Shown: one piece after another, positions 28,721-38,611 of the stretch | Layout of the letters: each line of letters starts with the position of its first letter | How positions within the stretch are numbered: position 1 is the stretch's first letter | Program-made: the position numbers and the translations under genes | NCBI GenBank assembly: GCA_965200965.1 | Contig: OZ241744.1 | Span: 1,632,001 to 1,696,000 of the forward strand | Origin: an uncultured Candidatus Binatia bacterium | GTDB lineage: Bacteria > Desulfobacterota > Binatia > Bin18 | Direction: 5' to 3' | DNA length: 64,000 nt | The notes under the pieces: generated by a model | The model's input: only the letters and a program-made list of their open reading frames with translations | The model's database searches: none | What the model was told of the DNA's origin: nothing

Positions 28721-31330
28721 ATGAAGTCCACGCAGACACGCAGGCAATGGTGGCGGTGGGGTGGAGTGATGAGTCTGGCGGTCCTGATAGCCGCGGCCCC
28801 GGCCGAGGCCCAGGATGCCGAGCAGCCCGCGGGCCAAGACGAGCCGGTCGGGCTTGATACCTTCAGGGTAGTTGGCTCGCGTCTGCCGGGCCGCTCGGCC
28901 GAAGACGCTCCGGTGCCGGTTGACCTGATTGATGCAAACGATTTCAAGAGTTACGGCGTCCGCGACCTGAACAACCTGCTGGCTGCCACCATCCCGTCCT
29001 ACAATGTGACCCAACACGCCATCGGCGACCAGAACGCGCTGGTCCGGCCGGCCAAGCTGCGCGGCCTGCCGCCCGACTCCACCCTGGTGCTCGTCAACGG
29101 CAAACGCCGCCACCGCTCGTCGGCAATCACTACCTGGAGTTGGGGCTTGGCCGAAGGTGCCCACGGGCCTGATATTGCCTCCATCCCTGCCATTGCCCTC
29201 AAACGGGTTGAGGTCCTACGCGACGGGGCCGCGGCCCAGTACGGCTCGGACGCGGTGGCCGGCGTGCTCAACTTTGTCCTGGACGACTCCTCCGAAGGCG
29301 TCGTCCTGGAAACCCGGCTGGGCCAGCACTACCACGGCGACGGCGACTTGGCGAATGTAGCGGCCAATGTCGGCCTGCCGCTGACCGAGGCCGGCTTCGC
29401 CAACCTGAGCTTTGAGTTCACCAACTCCGACTCCACCAACCGCAGCGTCCAGCGCGACGACGCGCGCCGCATGATTGACAACGGCAACGACTACATCCGT
29501 AAATCTCCCGCTCAGGTCTGGGGCGCACCGGACATCCACTACGACTACAAGTTCTTCGGCAACCTTGGCCTTGACCTTGGCGCTGACCACGAACTGTACG
29601 CCTTCGGCAACTGGGCCGAGCGCGAGATTGAGGACTCGTGGTACTGGCGCAACCCTTCCAGTTTCGGCCAAGTATTCGCCGATCCCCTTGACCCCTCACG
29701 GCTGCTGGTCGGCGACCTGACACCCGACGGAATGTCAGGCAACTGTCCAACCATTCTCGCGGCAGACTTCGTAGCGCGGCCTGATACCGCGCTGGCCCCG
29801 CTGCAAGGCAACGACAACTGCTACGCACTGGCCCAGGCTTTTCCGGGCGGACTCGTCCCGCGCTACCGGGGCAAGGTGAACGACTGGAGCATCGCCTTTG
29901 GCCTGCGCGGCACGCTGCGCAGCGCCTCTCCACTGCTTGACGGCTGGCGGTACGACATGAGCGCCGTGTTCGGCCAACACAACACGGAATCCTTTGTCAG
30001 AAACAGCGTCAACCCCAACCTGCTCCGCATGAAAGAGGCGATTCCGATCGAGTACAAGGTCCGCGAGTACGAAGAACGGGACAAGACCTTCAATCTGGAC
30101 CTCTCCAGGCCCTTTGACATCGGTCTCTTGTCTTCCCCGCTGAACATTGCCTTTGGGCTGGAGTACCGTGAGGAAGAGTACGAAATCTTCACCGGTGAGC
30201 CGAACTCCTACTTCCGCGACGACCTGCTGGCCCAGCAGGGCTTCCTGATCGGCGTCACCGGTCAGCAGGGCGCGTCGCCCCGGGATGCGACCACGGCCAA
30301 CAGAGGCAGCTTCGGGGCCTATCTTGACCTGGAAGCCAATCTCATTGAACGCGTGCTGGCCACCGCCGCGGGGCGCTTTGAGCACCATGAAGGCGTTGGT
30401 GAATCCCTGGACGGCAAGCTGGCCGCTCGCTGGGACATGCTTGACTACCTGGCCCTGCGCGGCTCCATCGGCACCGGCTTTCGCGCCCCGACCGTAGGAC
30501 AGGCCAGCTTTCGCACGACGACCACCGGTTTCGACCCCGACACGAACTCACTCGCCGAAGAGTCCACGCTGCCGCCAGCCGACCCGATTGCCCAACAAAA
30601 AGGGGCCAAGACGCTGAGCCCGGAACACTCGACCAGTTTCAGCGTCGGTGCCGTGCTCACCCTCGGCGATCTGTCCGTCACCGCCGACTACTACAACATC
30701 GAGGTCAGAAGCCGGATCGCTCTCAGCCGGCGTTACCGGATTGACGCCACGGATAGAGCCGCCCTGGCGGCCCGGGGTATTGATGCGCTCGGCGTCGGCC
30801 TCGTGCGCTACTTCACCAACGATTTCGACACAACGACCCAAGGCATTGACATCGTAGCGACCTACCCCCTGGAACTCTTCGGCGGCACATTCGGCAGGAC
30901 CCAGTTCACAGGCGTTGCCAACTGGAACAACACCAAGGTTGACTCCCACGGCTCGGCCATCAATGCCCTGCGGATAGGACAACTCGAGGAGTCCGAGCCA
31001 GAGTTCCGCTTCTCGCTGACCGCGGACCACACTTGGCGCGCTTGGCGGCTCCTCAGCCGCTTCCACTACTATGACGACTTCAACGAGTTCCAGAACTTCA
31101 CTGTTGAGAAGCGCATCTACGCCCACGCCCGCGCCCTGCTCGACCTGGAGCTGTCCTACACCTTCTTTGACACCGGTCTGACAGTCGCCGTCGGCGCACA
31201 AAACCTGTTCGACACCTACCCGACCAGAAACCGCTATGCCGGCGTCTACGGCCAGAAGTACCCGGTCAACTCCCCCTATGGCTTCAACGGCGGTTTCTAC
31301 TACCTGCGGGCCGGCCTGGAGTGGTACTAA
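28721..31330 (+). CDS. TonB-dependent receptor (paralogue 2)
   Basis: Same plug and barrel motifs as paralogue 1; GAGGAGG RBS. Confidence 0.93.
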   Translation: MKSTQTRRQWWRWGGVMSLAVLIAAAPAEAQDAEQPAGQDEPVGLDTFRVVGSRLPGRSAEDAPVPVDLIDANDFKSYGVRDLNNLLAATIPSYNVTQHAIGDQNALVRPAKLRGLPPDSTLVLVNGKRRHRSSAITTWSWGLAEGAHGPDIASIPAIALKRVEVLRDGAAAQYGSDAVAGVLNFVLDDSSEGVVLETRLGQHYHGDGDLANVAANVGLPLTEAGFANLSFEFTNSDSTNRSVQRDDARRMIDNGNDYIRKSPAQVWGAPDIHYDYKFFGNLGLDLGADHELYAFGNWAEREIEDSWYWRNPSSFGQVFADPLDPSRLLVGDLTPDGMSGNCPTILAADFVARPDTALAPLQGNDNCYALAQAFPGGLVPRYRGKVNDWSIAFGLRGTLRSASPLLDGWRYDMSAVFGQHNTESFVRNSVNPNLLRMKEAIPIEYKVREYEERDKTFNLDLSRPFDIGLLSSPLNIAFGLEYREEEYEIFTGEPNSYFRDDLLAQQGFLIGVTGQQGASPRDATTANRGSFGAYLDLEANLIERVLATAAGRFEHHEGVGESLDGKLAARWDMLDYLALRGSIGTGFRAPTVGQASFRTTTTGFDPDTNSLAEESTLPPADPIAQQKGAKTLSPEHSTSFSVGAVLTLGDLSVTADYYNIEVRSRIALSRRYRIDATDRAALAARGIDALGVGLVRYFTNDFDTTTQGIDIVATYPLELFGGTFGRTQFTGVANWNNTKVDSHGSAINALRIGQLEESEPEFRFSLTADHTWRAWRLLSRFHYYDDFNEFQNFTVEKRIYAHARALLDLELSYTFFDTGLTVAVGAQNLFDTYPTRNRYAGVYGQKYPVNSPYGFNGGFYYLRAGLEWY

Positions 31331-31362
31331 ATCACCGCCCAGCCATTCAGAGAGAGAACGCT

Positions 31363-34005
31363 ATGAACCTGATGAACCTGCCAGCGTGGTGGCAGCACTG
31401 GAAGGCCGGGCTGGTCATGGCGGCAGTGCTCGCCGCCGGCCCGGCCACGGCCCAGAACGGCGGCCCGCCAGCCCCCGTCGGGCTTGAAGCCTTCAAGGTG
31501 GTCGGCTCCCGCCTGCCGGGCCGCTCGGCTGCAGACGCACCCGTGCCGGTAGACGTGATCGACGCGGACGACTTCAAGCATTACGGCGTCCGCGACCTGA
31601 ACAGCCTGCTGGCCGCCACCATCCCGTCCTACAACGTCAGCCAGCACGCCATCGGCGATGTCAACGCGCTGGTCCGGCCGGCCAAGCTGCGCGGCCTGCC
31701 GCCCGACTCCACCCTGGTGCTCGTCAACGGCAAACGCCGCCACCGCTCATCGTCCATCAGCTTCTTCACCTTCGGGCTCACCAACGGATCGCACGGAGCC
31801 GATATCAGCGCCATCCCTGCTATTGCCCTCAAGCGGGTCGAAGTCTTGCGCGACGGGGCCGCGGCCCAGTACGGCTCGGACGCGGTGGCCGGCGTACTCA
31901 ACTTTGTTCTGCGTGACGCCCCCGAGGGCGGTACCCTCGAAGCCCACTGGGGGCAGTATTACCAGGGTGACGGCGACCTCGTGAGCACCGCGACCAACAT
32001 CGGCCTGCCGCTGACCGAGGCCGGCTTTGCCAACCTGAGCTTTGAGTTCACCAACTCCGACTCCACCAACCGCAGCGTCCAGCGCGACGACGCGCGCCGC
32101 ATGATTGACAACGGCAACGACTACATCCGCACGTCTCCTGTTCAGGTCTGGGGCGCACCGGACATCCACTACGACTACAAGTTCTTCGGCAACCTTGGCC
32201 TTGACCTCGGCAATGCCCACCACGCCTACGCCTTCGGCAACTGGGCCGAGCGCGAGATTGCGGACTCGTGGTACTGGCGCAGTCCGGTCTCGCGCCCGGG
32301 CGTGTTCACCACGGCCTGGGGCGGGGCCGACAACGAGATACTGATCGCCGATCTGTCACCCGACGGCCGGTCCGGTGCCTGTCCCACCATTCTCGCCAGC
32401 GACTACGCACAACGCGGCCCAGCCGCCCTAACCCCACTACAGGGCAACACCGACTGCTATGCACTGACCCAGACATTTCCGGGCGGCTTCACCCCCCGGC
32501 TGCGGGCCAAGGGACAAGACTGGAGCATCGCCTTTGGCCTGCGTGGCACCCTGCGCAGCACCGCCGCCCTGCTTGACGGCTGGCACTACGACGCGAGCGC
32601 GGTCTTTGGCCAACACCGCGGGACCTATAGCTTCTGGAACAACGTCAATCCTCAGATGCTCCGGCTCGGTGCAATCATCCCGACACGCGCCTTCGTCCGC
32701 GCCTACACGGAACGCGACAAGATTTTCAACCTCGACCTGTCGCGGCCGTTTGAGATCGGCCTGCTCGCCTCCCCGCTGAACGTGGCGGTCGGCCTGGAAT
32801 ACCGTGAGGAGGAGTTTGAAATCGAAGCCGGAGAGCCGCGCGCCTGGTGTATTGACGACGCCGGCGAATGCGGCGGGGAGCGGCCTCTGTACGGCCTCGC
32901 GCGGCAGGGATTCGGCATCGGCACGACGGGCTACCCCGGCATCCGGCCCGAGGAGACTTCGACAGCCAACCGGGGCAGCTTCGGGGCCTATCTCGACCTG
33001 GAAGCCGACATTATCGAGCAGGTCCTGGTGAACGCCGCGGGCCGGTTCGAGCATCACGAAGGCATCGGCGAATCCCTGGACGGCAAGCTGGCCGCCCGCT
33101 GGGAACTGCTCGCCGGCCTGCTGGCCGTGCGCGGCTCCCTCGGCACCGGCTTTCGCGCCCCGACCGTAGGACAGGCCAGCTACCGGGACACCACCACCAT
33201 CCTCGGCGACGACGGCAATCTCGTTGAATCCTCGATCCTGCCCACCGACGACCCGATCGCCCGCCACAAAGGTGCCAAGCCGCTCAGCCCGGAGACCTCC
33301 CTGTCCTTTTCGGTAGGTGCCGCGCTGACCCTCGGCGATCTATCCCTTACCCTGGACTACTACAACATCGAGCTCAGAAACCGCATCGGGCTCGGTGAGG
33401 ACTTGGCCGTCAGCCCCGAGGATGTTGCCGCGCTGGCGGCCCGGGGGGTTGACGCCAGTCGGGTGGCCAGGGTGCAGTTCTTTGCCAACGCGTTTGAAAC
33501 CTACACCCAAGGCATTGATCTGGTGGCCAGCTATCCCCTGAACCTGTTCCGCGGCCGCTTTGGTCGGACCGTGTGGACCCTGGTCGGCAACTGGAACGAC
33601 ACCAAGATCAACCTTGACTCAATCGATACCAATGTCATCGGCTCACTGCGCAAACACCAGCTCGAAGAACTGGAGCCGGAGTTCCGCTTCTCGCTGACCG
33701 CAGACCACACTTGGCGCGCTTGGCGGCTCCTCTCCCGGCTGCACTACTACGACGACTTCACCGAGCGGCATCAGAATAACGACGCCCAGCCCATCTATGC
33801 CCACGCCCGGGTCCTGCTCGACCTGGAAGTCTCGTACCCCGTGTTCGATCTCGGCCTGACGCTGGCCGCCGGCGCGCACAACCTGCTCAATACCTACCCG
33901 ACCAGAAACCCCTACTCCCGCGCCTACGGCCAGAAATACCCCAACACCTCGCCCTACGGCTACAACGGCGGCTTCTACTATCTGCGGGCCAGCTTCGAGT
34001 GGTGA
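31363..34005 (+). CDS. TonB-dependent receptor (paralogue 3)
   Basis: Same motifs, C-terminal FEW. Start set at ATG 31363 (ORF open from 31321). Confidence 0.93.
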   Translation: MNLMNLPAWWQHWKAGLVMAAVLAAGPATAQNGGPPAPVGLEAFKVVGSRLPGRSAADAPVPVDVIDADDFKHYGVRDLNSLLAATIPSYNVSQHAIGDVNALVRPAKLRGLPPDSTLVLVNGKRRHRSSSISFFTFGLTNGSHGADISAIPAIALKRVEVLRDGAAAQYGSDAVAGVLNFVLRDAPEGGTLEAHWGQYYQGDGDLVSTATNIGLPLTEAGFANLSFEFTNSDSTNRSVQRDDARRMIDNGNDYIRTSPVQVWGAPDIHYDYKFFGNLGLDLGNAHHAYAFGNWAEREIADSWYWRSPVSRPGVFTTAWGGADNEILIADLSPDGRSGACPTILASDYAQRGPAALTPLQGNTDCYALTQTFPGGFTPRLRAKGQDWSIAFGLRGTLRSTAALLDGWHYDASAVFGQHRGTYSFWNNVNPQMLRLGAIIPTRAFVRAYTERDKIFNLDLSRPFEIGLLASPLNVAVGLEYREEEFEIEAGEPRAWCIDDAGECGGERPLYGLARQGFGIGTTGYPGIRPEETSTANRGSFGAYLDLEADIIEQVLVNAAGRFEHHEGIGESLDGKLAARWELLAGLLAVRGSLGTGFRAPTVGQASYRDTTTILGDDGNLVESSILPTDDPIARHKGAKPLSPETSLSFSVGAALTLGDLSLTLDYYNIELRNRIGLGEDLAVSPEDVAALAARGVDASRVARVQFFANAFETYTQGIDLVASYPLNLFRGRFGRTVWTLVGNWNDTKINLDSIDTNVIGSLRKHQLEELEPEFRFSLTADHTWRAWRLLSRLHYYDDFTERHQNNDAQPIYAHARVLLDLEVSYPVFDLGLTLAAGAHNLLNTYPTRNPYSRAYGQKYPNTSPYGYNGGFYYLRASFEW

Positions 34006-34084
34006 GACAGGCCGGCACACGCGATGGGACGCAGAGCGAGACATGCCCCGACGACGCGATCATTACACGCACTCATCCTGGTCT

Positions 34085-34500
34085 TCAGATATGATGGCGG
34101 CGTACATACGGAGGATTACAGTTCAACAGGTTAAACTTTTCGGATTCCCCCGGTGATTAAGCCAGGGTGAAGTCCTCAAAACGAAGGTCCAGGCCGGTCT
34201 CTCTCCACAACTCCACCGCCGCAGGAGCGTAATGCGGGTCAATTTCATAGCCGACAGCGCGCTTGACGCGATTCTTTGGAAATACTCTCAGTAACGCTGA
34301 ATAAAACGAGCCGGTTCCGATCGCTGGATCAGTGAAGCGAACGGTTTTCCTCTCCCCTCCTAGATGCTCCTTCGCATATCGAAGAACATCAAGGGCAAGC
34401 CCGGTCAGCGTTGCGAACTGGCCCAGCCGATTCCGTTCCGCCTGTCCCTTATCAGCATCAAGTCTGGCTTGCAGCCTCAGACGCCTCTTCTCCAATTGTA
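34085..34500 (-). pseudogene. Truncated N6-adenine DNA methyltransferase (XamI-associated) fragment
   Basis: RNRLGQFAT and motif I DPAIGTG, an in-frame TAA at ~34157, then in-frame CNPPYVR (motif IV) and a second stop. The remainder of the gene is absent. Confidence 0.8.
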
Positions 34501-34509
34501 CCCCTTCCT

Positions 34510-35420
34510 TTACACCCCCAAACTCCGCCAAGTCCTCAGATTCGGTGTTTCCACACCCAGTCAATGCCTTCCGCAGCCTCATAGCCAAGATCGCCGCTGT
34601 CAGAATAGCCGCACAGGAACAGAATAAATTGTACATCCGTCCCGTAGGTTCGGCGCAGCTGATTCGTCTTCGTCGCCTCTTCCTTACGCCGTTTATTGAC
34701 GTTCGTGAAATCTCCCGCCGACTTCGCTTCAACAAGCAACGGAAACTCTCCTGCCCTAGCGTTCTTCGGCAAGATAACCGTGTCTATGGGAACGTTGATC
34801 GACCTATCGGCTCCTTCCGTCTCAACCGAAACATTCAGACGAAACGAGAATGACCCCGGCCTCATGTCCGTATATTTTACGCCCCCTCCGGTGGGGAGAC
34901 GCTGGTAGCCTCTGGCTGTCAGCCAGTCACCAATGGCGTTGATCTGATGTTTCTCCCAGGCGTTCCGAATGATCGGGCTCGCTACCGCGCCACACAGACG
35001 ATCAGCCACAATTGTCGCCGCCCGGTACATCTCCTGCTCCGATGGCGGGGTATTACGTTTCAGCCAGACGAAGATATCAGGGTCCCTCATCTTTTCGAGG
35101 GTCTTCCCGATCTTCACAAGATCGCTGTTCAGGTCCGCTTGGGGCATACGAGTCGGCAACTTACCCTGCTTGTCCATGACCTTGACCAAATTCGCTGAGA
35201 CGCCGGTGATCCCGATCAGTCTGTCCACCGCCAGCGGCAGACAGGTGGACATCCGCAATGTGGGTAGGGCAGCAGGATTCGCCTTCAGCGAGTCTGCTCC
35301 GATGTTGGTCAGGTTCCTTGTCGCTTTCAGCGTCGATTCGATATCCTTTGTTGTCTGCACCCGGCTCGCCCGGTAAGCCTCTGGCGCAAACTGCATGAAC
35401 CAGTCGTTGTACATATCGAC
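34510..35420 (-). pseudogene. XamI-family restriction endonuclease, degraded
   Basis: VDMYNDWF, IIRNA, EAKSAGDFTNVNKRRKEEA, LCGY and YEAAEGIDWVW match the XamI family as recalled. It appears 5'-truncated, and the terminal EDLAEFG codons are frameshifted after HRI. Confidence 0.75.
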
Positions 35421-35492
35421 CGGTTGGGAATGATGTGGGCCTATCCGGGCAGCATCCCTGTTGGGGCCTGGAGTTTCCTGCGTGTCTCGCCC

Positions 35493-36539
35493 TCACTTGA
35501 TGTGCGGCAGAACATAGCTGCCAAACCGATCCAGCGAGTCCAGAATCTGCTGCCGGGGCAGACCGCCAAAGTCGGCCAGCAGACTCACATTGGTAATGCC
35601 CGCGGCTTCAATCTGTTGAATGCGCTGGACGCACTGCTCTGGATCGCCAAAGATGACCCGCTGGGGATAGAGATAACTGTCGTAGTCCATTGCCCGAAAG
35701 CCTTGGCGCAGGTTTTTGTAGGCGGTGTACTGCCCGGAGTAGGCCGCCTCGGGGTTGGACGCCTGGACCGATTCAAGGTAGCGCAGCATGGCCGCCCGCG
35801 GCTCGAGTTTGGCTTGTTCTGGCGTTTTACCACAGTAGAAATGGTACACCCCCAGGACCTCGGCGTCGTCTGGGTAGCCGTGGGCAGTGCGCGTCTCCCG
35901 GAACAGCTTGATCCTGCCAATCAGGGCTTCGGGTTGGGCCGCGGCGTAGGGCACGACCATAAGGTGGTAGCCCTGTCTGCCGGTCCAGGCAAAAGACTCT
36001 GGGGTGAAGATACACGCTACATAGACGGGGGGCAGTTTCTGGACCGGCTTGGGCAGGACTTGCAGATTCGTGACCGTGCGGAACCTGCCCTGGTAGGAAA
36101 AACGGGCTTCGGTCCAGGCCTTCATAATAATGTCGTGGGCCTCCTCAAACAGCAGTCGACTATCGCCCATGTTGCGCTCAAAGGCGTCAAACTCTACTTT
36201 CTGGAAGCCGCGGCCAATCCCAAACTCCAGCCGCCCGCCCGACAGGCAGTCGAGCATGGCAAACTCCTCGGCAAGCCGAATCGGGTCTTGGAGTGTCAGC
36301 AGCGCAATGCCGGAGCCTATGCGGATATTCTTGGTCCGCTGGGCCACGGCCGCGCCCAGGACCGGCACTGACGGGATATGGCCGCCGTAGTGGTAAAAAT
36401 GGTGCTCGGCAAACCATACCGAATGAAACCCGTACTCCTCGGCCTTGTCTGTCTCCAGCAGTATGTTCTGGTAGAATTCGTACTCGCTGGCGTGAAACTC
36501 GGGAAAAAAGCTGGGTAAATGAAACAGTGAGATCTTCAT
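35493..36539 (-). CDS. LLM-class flavin-dependent oxidoreductase (luciferase-like)
   Basis: WFAEHHF, PIRLAEEFAMLDCLSGGRLEFGIGRG, PKPVQK. ATGA-coupled to hisC. Confidence 0.92.
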   Translation of the reverse strand: MKISLFHLPSFFPEFHASEYEFYQNILLETDKAEEYGFHSVWFAEHHFYHYGGHIPSVPVLGAAVAQRTKNIRIGSGIALLTLQDPIRLAEEFAMLDCLSGGRLEFGIGRGFQKVEFDAFERNMGDSRLLFEEAHDIIMKAWTEARFSYQGRFRTVTNLQVLPKPVQKLPPVYVACIFTPESFAWTGRQGYHLMVVPYAAAQPEALIGRIKLFRETRTAHGYPDDAEVLGVYHFYCGKTPEQAKLEPRAAMLRYLESVQASNPEAAYSGQYTAYKNLRQGFRAMDYDSYLYPQRVIFGDPEQCVQRIQQIEAAGITNVSLLADFGGLPRQQILDSLDRFGSYVLPHIK

Positions 36540-37681
36540 CGGGGGTCCCTATGTCCGGGCCGCTCCTCGTCGGCCCCGGTCTGGGCCAGAAACTGGCGTA
36601 TGGCGGCGAGCAGCTGATCTATCTCCTCATCGCTGCCAATTGAGATCCGTACCCAGTCGCTCAACTCGGGTGCGGAAAAATAGCGGACCAGAATCCGCCG
36701 GGCTTTCAACCACTCGTACAGCCCCCGCTGGCTGACGCCGGGCCGACGGGCTACAACAAAGTTCGCCTGCGAGGGGGAGACCTGATAGCCGAGCTCGTGG
36801 AGAGCTACACCCAGCCGTGCGCGCGTGGCCCGGATTCTGGCCACATTGGTCTGCATCCAGTCAGCGTCTTCAAGGGCCGCCACCGCAGCCACCATGCTCA
36901 GGCGGTTCATATTATACGAATCCTTGACCTTCAGCAGTTCGCCGAGCAGATCGGGGTGGCCAAATGCCAGGCCGACCCGCATCCCGGCCAGAGAAAAAGA
37001 CTTGGACAGGGTGCGTAAGATCACTACCTGGGGATAGCGGGCGATAAGCGGCAGCGCGGTCTGTTGGGCAAAATCCACATACGCCTCGTCAATAACAAGC
37101 AGACCCGAGGTCTGCCGGGCCAGGGCTTCGAGCTGCTCCAGAGGTGGGCAATTGCCAAACGGTGGGTTGGGGTTGGCGACAAAGACGAGCTTGGCCCGGC
37201 TCTCGGCGAGCCGCTGTACTGGCAGGGAAAAATCCTCCGGCCAGGGCACAGGCACGGCCCGGCCGTCCTGCATGGCCACCAGAATGTCGTACAGGCTGTA
37301 GCTCGGGACCGGATAGGCGACCCGGTCACCCGGGTCAATGCAGGTCCGCATCAGCATGGTCAGAAGCTCGTCCGATCCGTTGCCGACCAGGACCTGCTCC
37401 GGCTCCAGGCCGTACACTTCGGCCGCTTTGGCACGCACCTCTTCGGCGTCAGGGCTCGGATAGACGCGCAAGGTCTGTGGGCCGGATGTGCTCTCACCGT
37501 CTGGCCCACAGCCGACCGCCCGCCGGAGGGCGCGCAGGACGCGAGGCGAGGGCGGATAGGGATTTTCGTTGGAGTTGAGCTTGATGTAGCGGTCGAGCTG
37601 CCGCGGCTGCTCGCCGGGCACATAGCCGGCCATGCGGCGCACGGCCGGCCGCACAAGCCCGAAACGGGAAAACGGCTTCAT
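36536..37681 (-). CDS. hisC: Histidinol-phosphate aminotransferase
   Basis: YVPGEQP, KLNSNENPY, GNGSDE, IDEAY and PLP-lysine motif RTLSKSFSLAGMRVG. Confidence 0.9.
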   Translation of the reverse strand: MKPFSRFGLVRPAVRRMAGYVPGEQPRQLDRYIKLNSNENPYPPSPRVLRALRRAVGCGPDGESTSGPQTLRVYPSPDAEEVRAKAAEVYGLEPEQVLVGNGSDELLTMLMRTCIDPGDRVAYPVPSYSLYDILVAMQDGRAVPVPWPEDFSLPVQRLAESRAKLVFVANPNPPFGNCPPLEQLEALARQTSGLLVIDEAYVDFAQQTALPLIARYPQVVILRTLSKSFSLAGMRVGLAFGHPDLLGELLKVKDSYNMNRLSMVAAVAALEDADWMQTNVARIRATRARLGVALHELGYQVSPSQANFVVARRPGVSQRGLYEWLKARRILVRYFSAPELSDWVRISIGSDEEIDQLLAAIRQFLAQTGADEERPGHRDPR

Positions 37682-37802
37682 CGCTCCTTCCTATATCCGA
37701 CTTCCAGGGATGAGAGAAGAGACATGGCCGGCGAGTTGACCCACACAGGCCCATTTGCTACTCAGAGAGGTGGTAGAGAGAGACACAAAGGAGGAGAGAT
37801 CA

Positions 37803-38588
37803 TTGGCAAACTGGACCGAAACAACGGTCAATGTCGGCGGGACCGGCGTTGTACTCATCAGAGGTGGCTCTGGCAAACCTCTTTTTATGTTGCACGACGA
37901 ACTCGGCTTTCCCGGCTGGGTCACATGGAATGAGGCCCTGGCCGAGGATCACGAATTTTTTATTCCTCTCCAGCCCGGCTGTGGCAAGACCCCGCGCGTG
38001 GACTGGATACGCAACTACCGCGACCTGGGCGGTTTTTACGCCCGTATGATCCGGGAAATGGGCCTGGACCCGGTCAATATCATTGCCTTTTCCGCGGGGG
38101 GCTATGCCGCGGCCGAGATGGCCGCGGCCGACCCCGGCATGTTCAGGCACCTGGTCCTGGTCGCACCAATGGGCATCAAGCCCGAAGAGGGCGAAATCGC
38201 TGACATTTTTCCCCTGACCATCCGCACCCACATGCGGGCCACGGTGGCCGATATCAACACGCCCGAGTTTGGCGACATCTATGGCGGCGAAATGACCCCG
38301 GAGCAGTTCGAAGCGTTTGAGGACGCCCGGGCCGAGGCTGCCCGGATCGGCTGGGAGCCGTATATGCACAACCCCAGCCTGCCCTATCTGCTGGAAGGGG
38401 CCAAGGGCTTGTCCGCCCTTCTGGTGTGGGGCAGTGCCGACGCCATCGTGCCCAAAGGCTGTATTGATTCCTATAAGGGAGCCGTCGCCAACGCGCAGGT
38501 GGCCACCATTGAGGGGGTGGGCCATCGACCGGAAATTGAGCACTCGGCCGAGTTTGTCCGGGTCGTCCGGGACTATCTGGCGTCATAG
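37803..38588 (+). CDS. Alpha/beta-fold hydrolase
   Basis: AFSAGG nucleophile elbow, VWGSAD and GVGHRP. TTG start after GAGGAG. Confidence 0.85.
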   Translation: MANWTETTVNVGGTGVVLIRGGSGKPLFMLHDELGFPGWVTWNEALAEDHEFFIPLQPGCGKTPRVDWIRNYRDLGGFYARMIREMGLDPVNIIAFSAGGYAAAEMAAADPGMFRHLVLVAPMGIKPEEGEIADIFPLTIRTHMRATVADINTPEFGDIYGGEMTPEQFEAFEDARAEAARIGWEPYMHNPSLPYLLEGAKGLSALLVWGSADAIVPKGCIDSYKGAVANAQVATIEGVGHRPEIEHSAEFVRVVRDYLAS

Positions 38589-38611
38589 ACCAGCGAGGCC
38601 AGGAGGAAGCC

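Noticed and set aside
26043-34005. Diversity-generating retroelement or invertase shufflon acting on the receptor repeats
   Set aside because: There is no reverse transcriptase or recombinase in the window, no adenine-specific mismatch pattern and no inverted repeats.
34157-34735. 192-aa ORF as an intact gene
   Set aside because: It is a chimera of an off-frame endonuclease tail and the truncated methylase 5' part.
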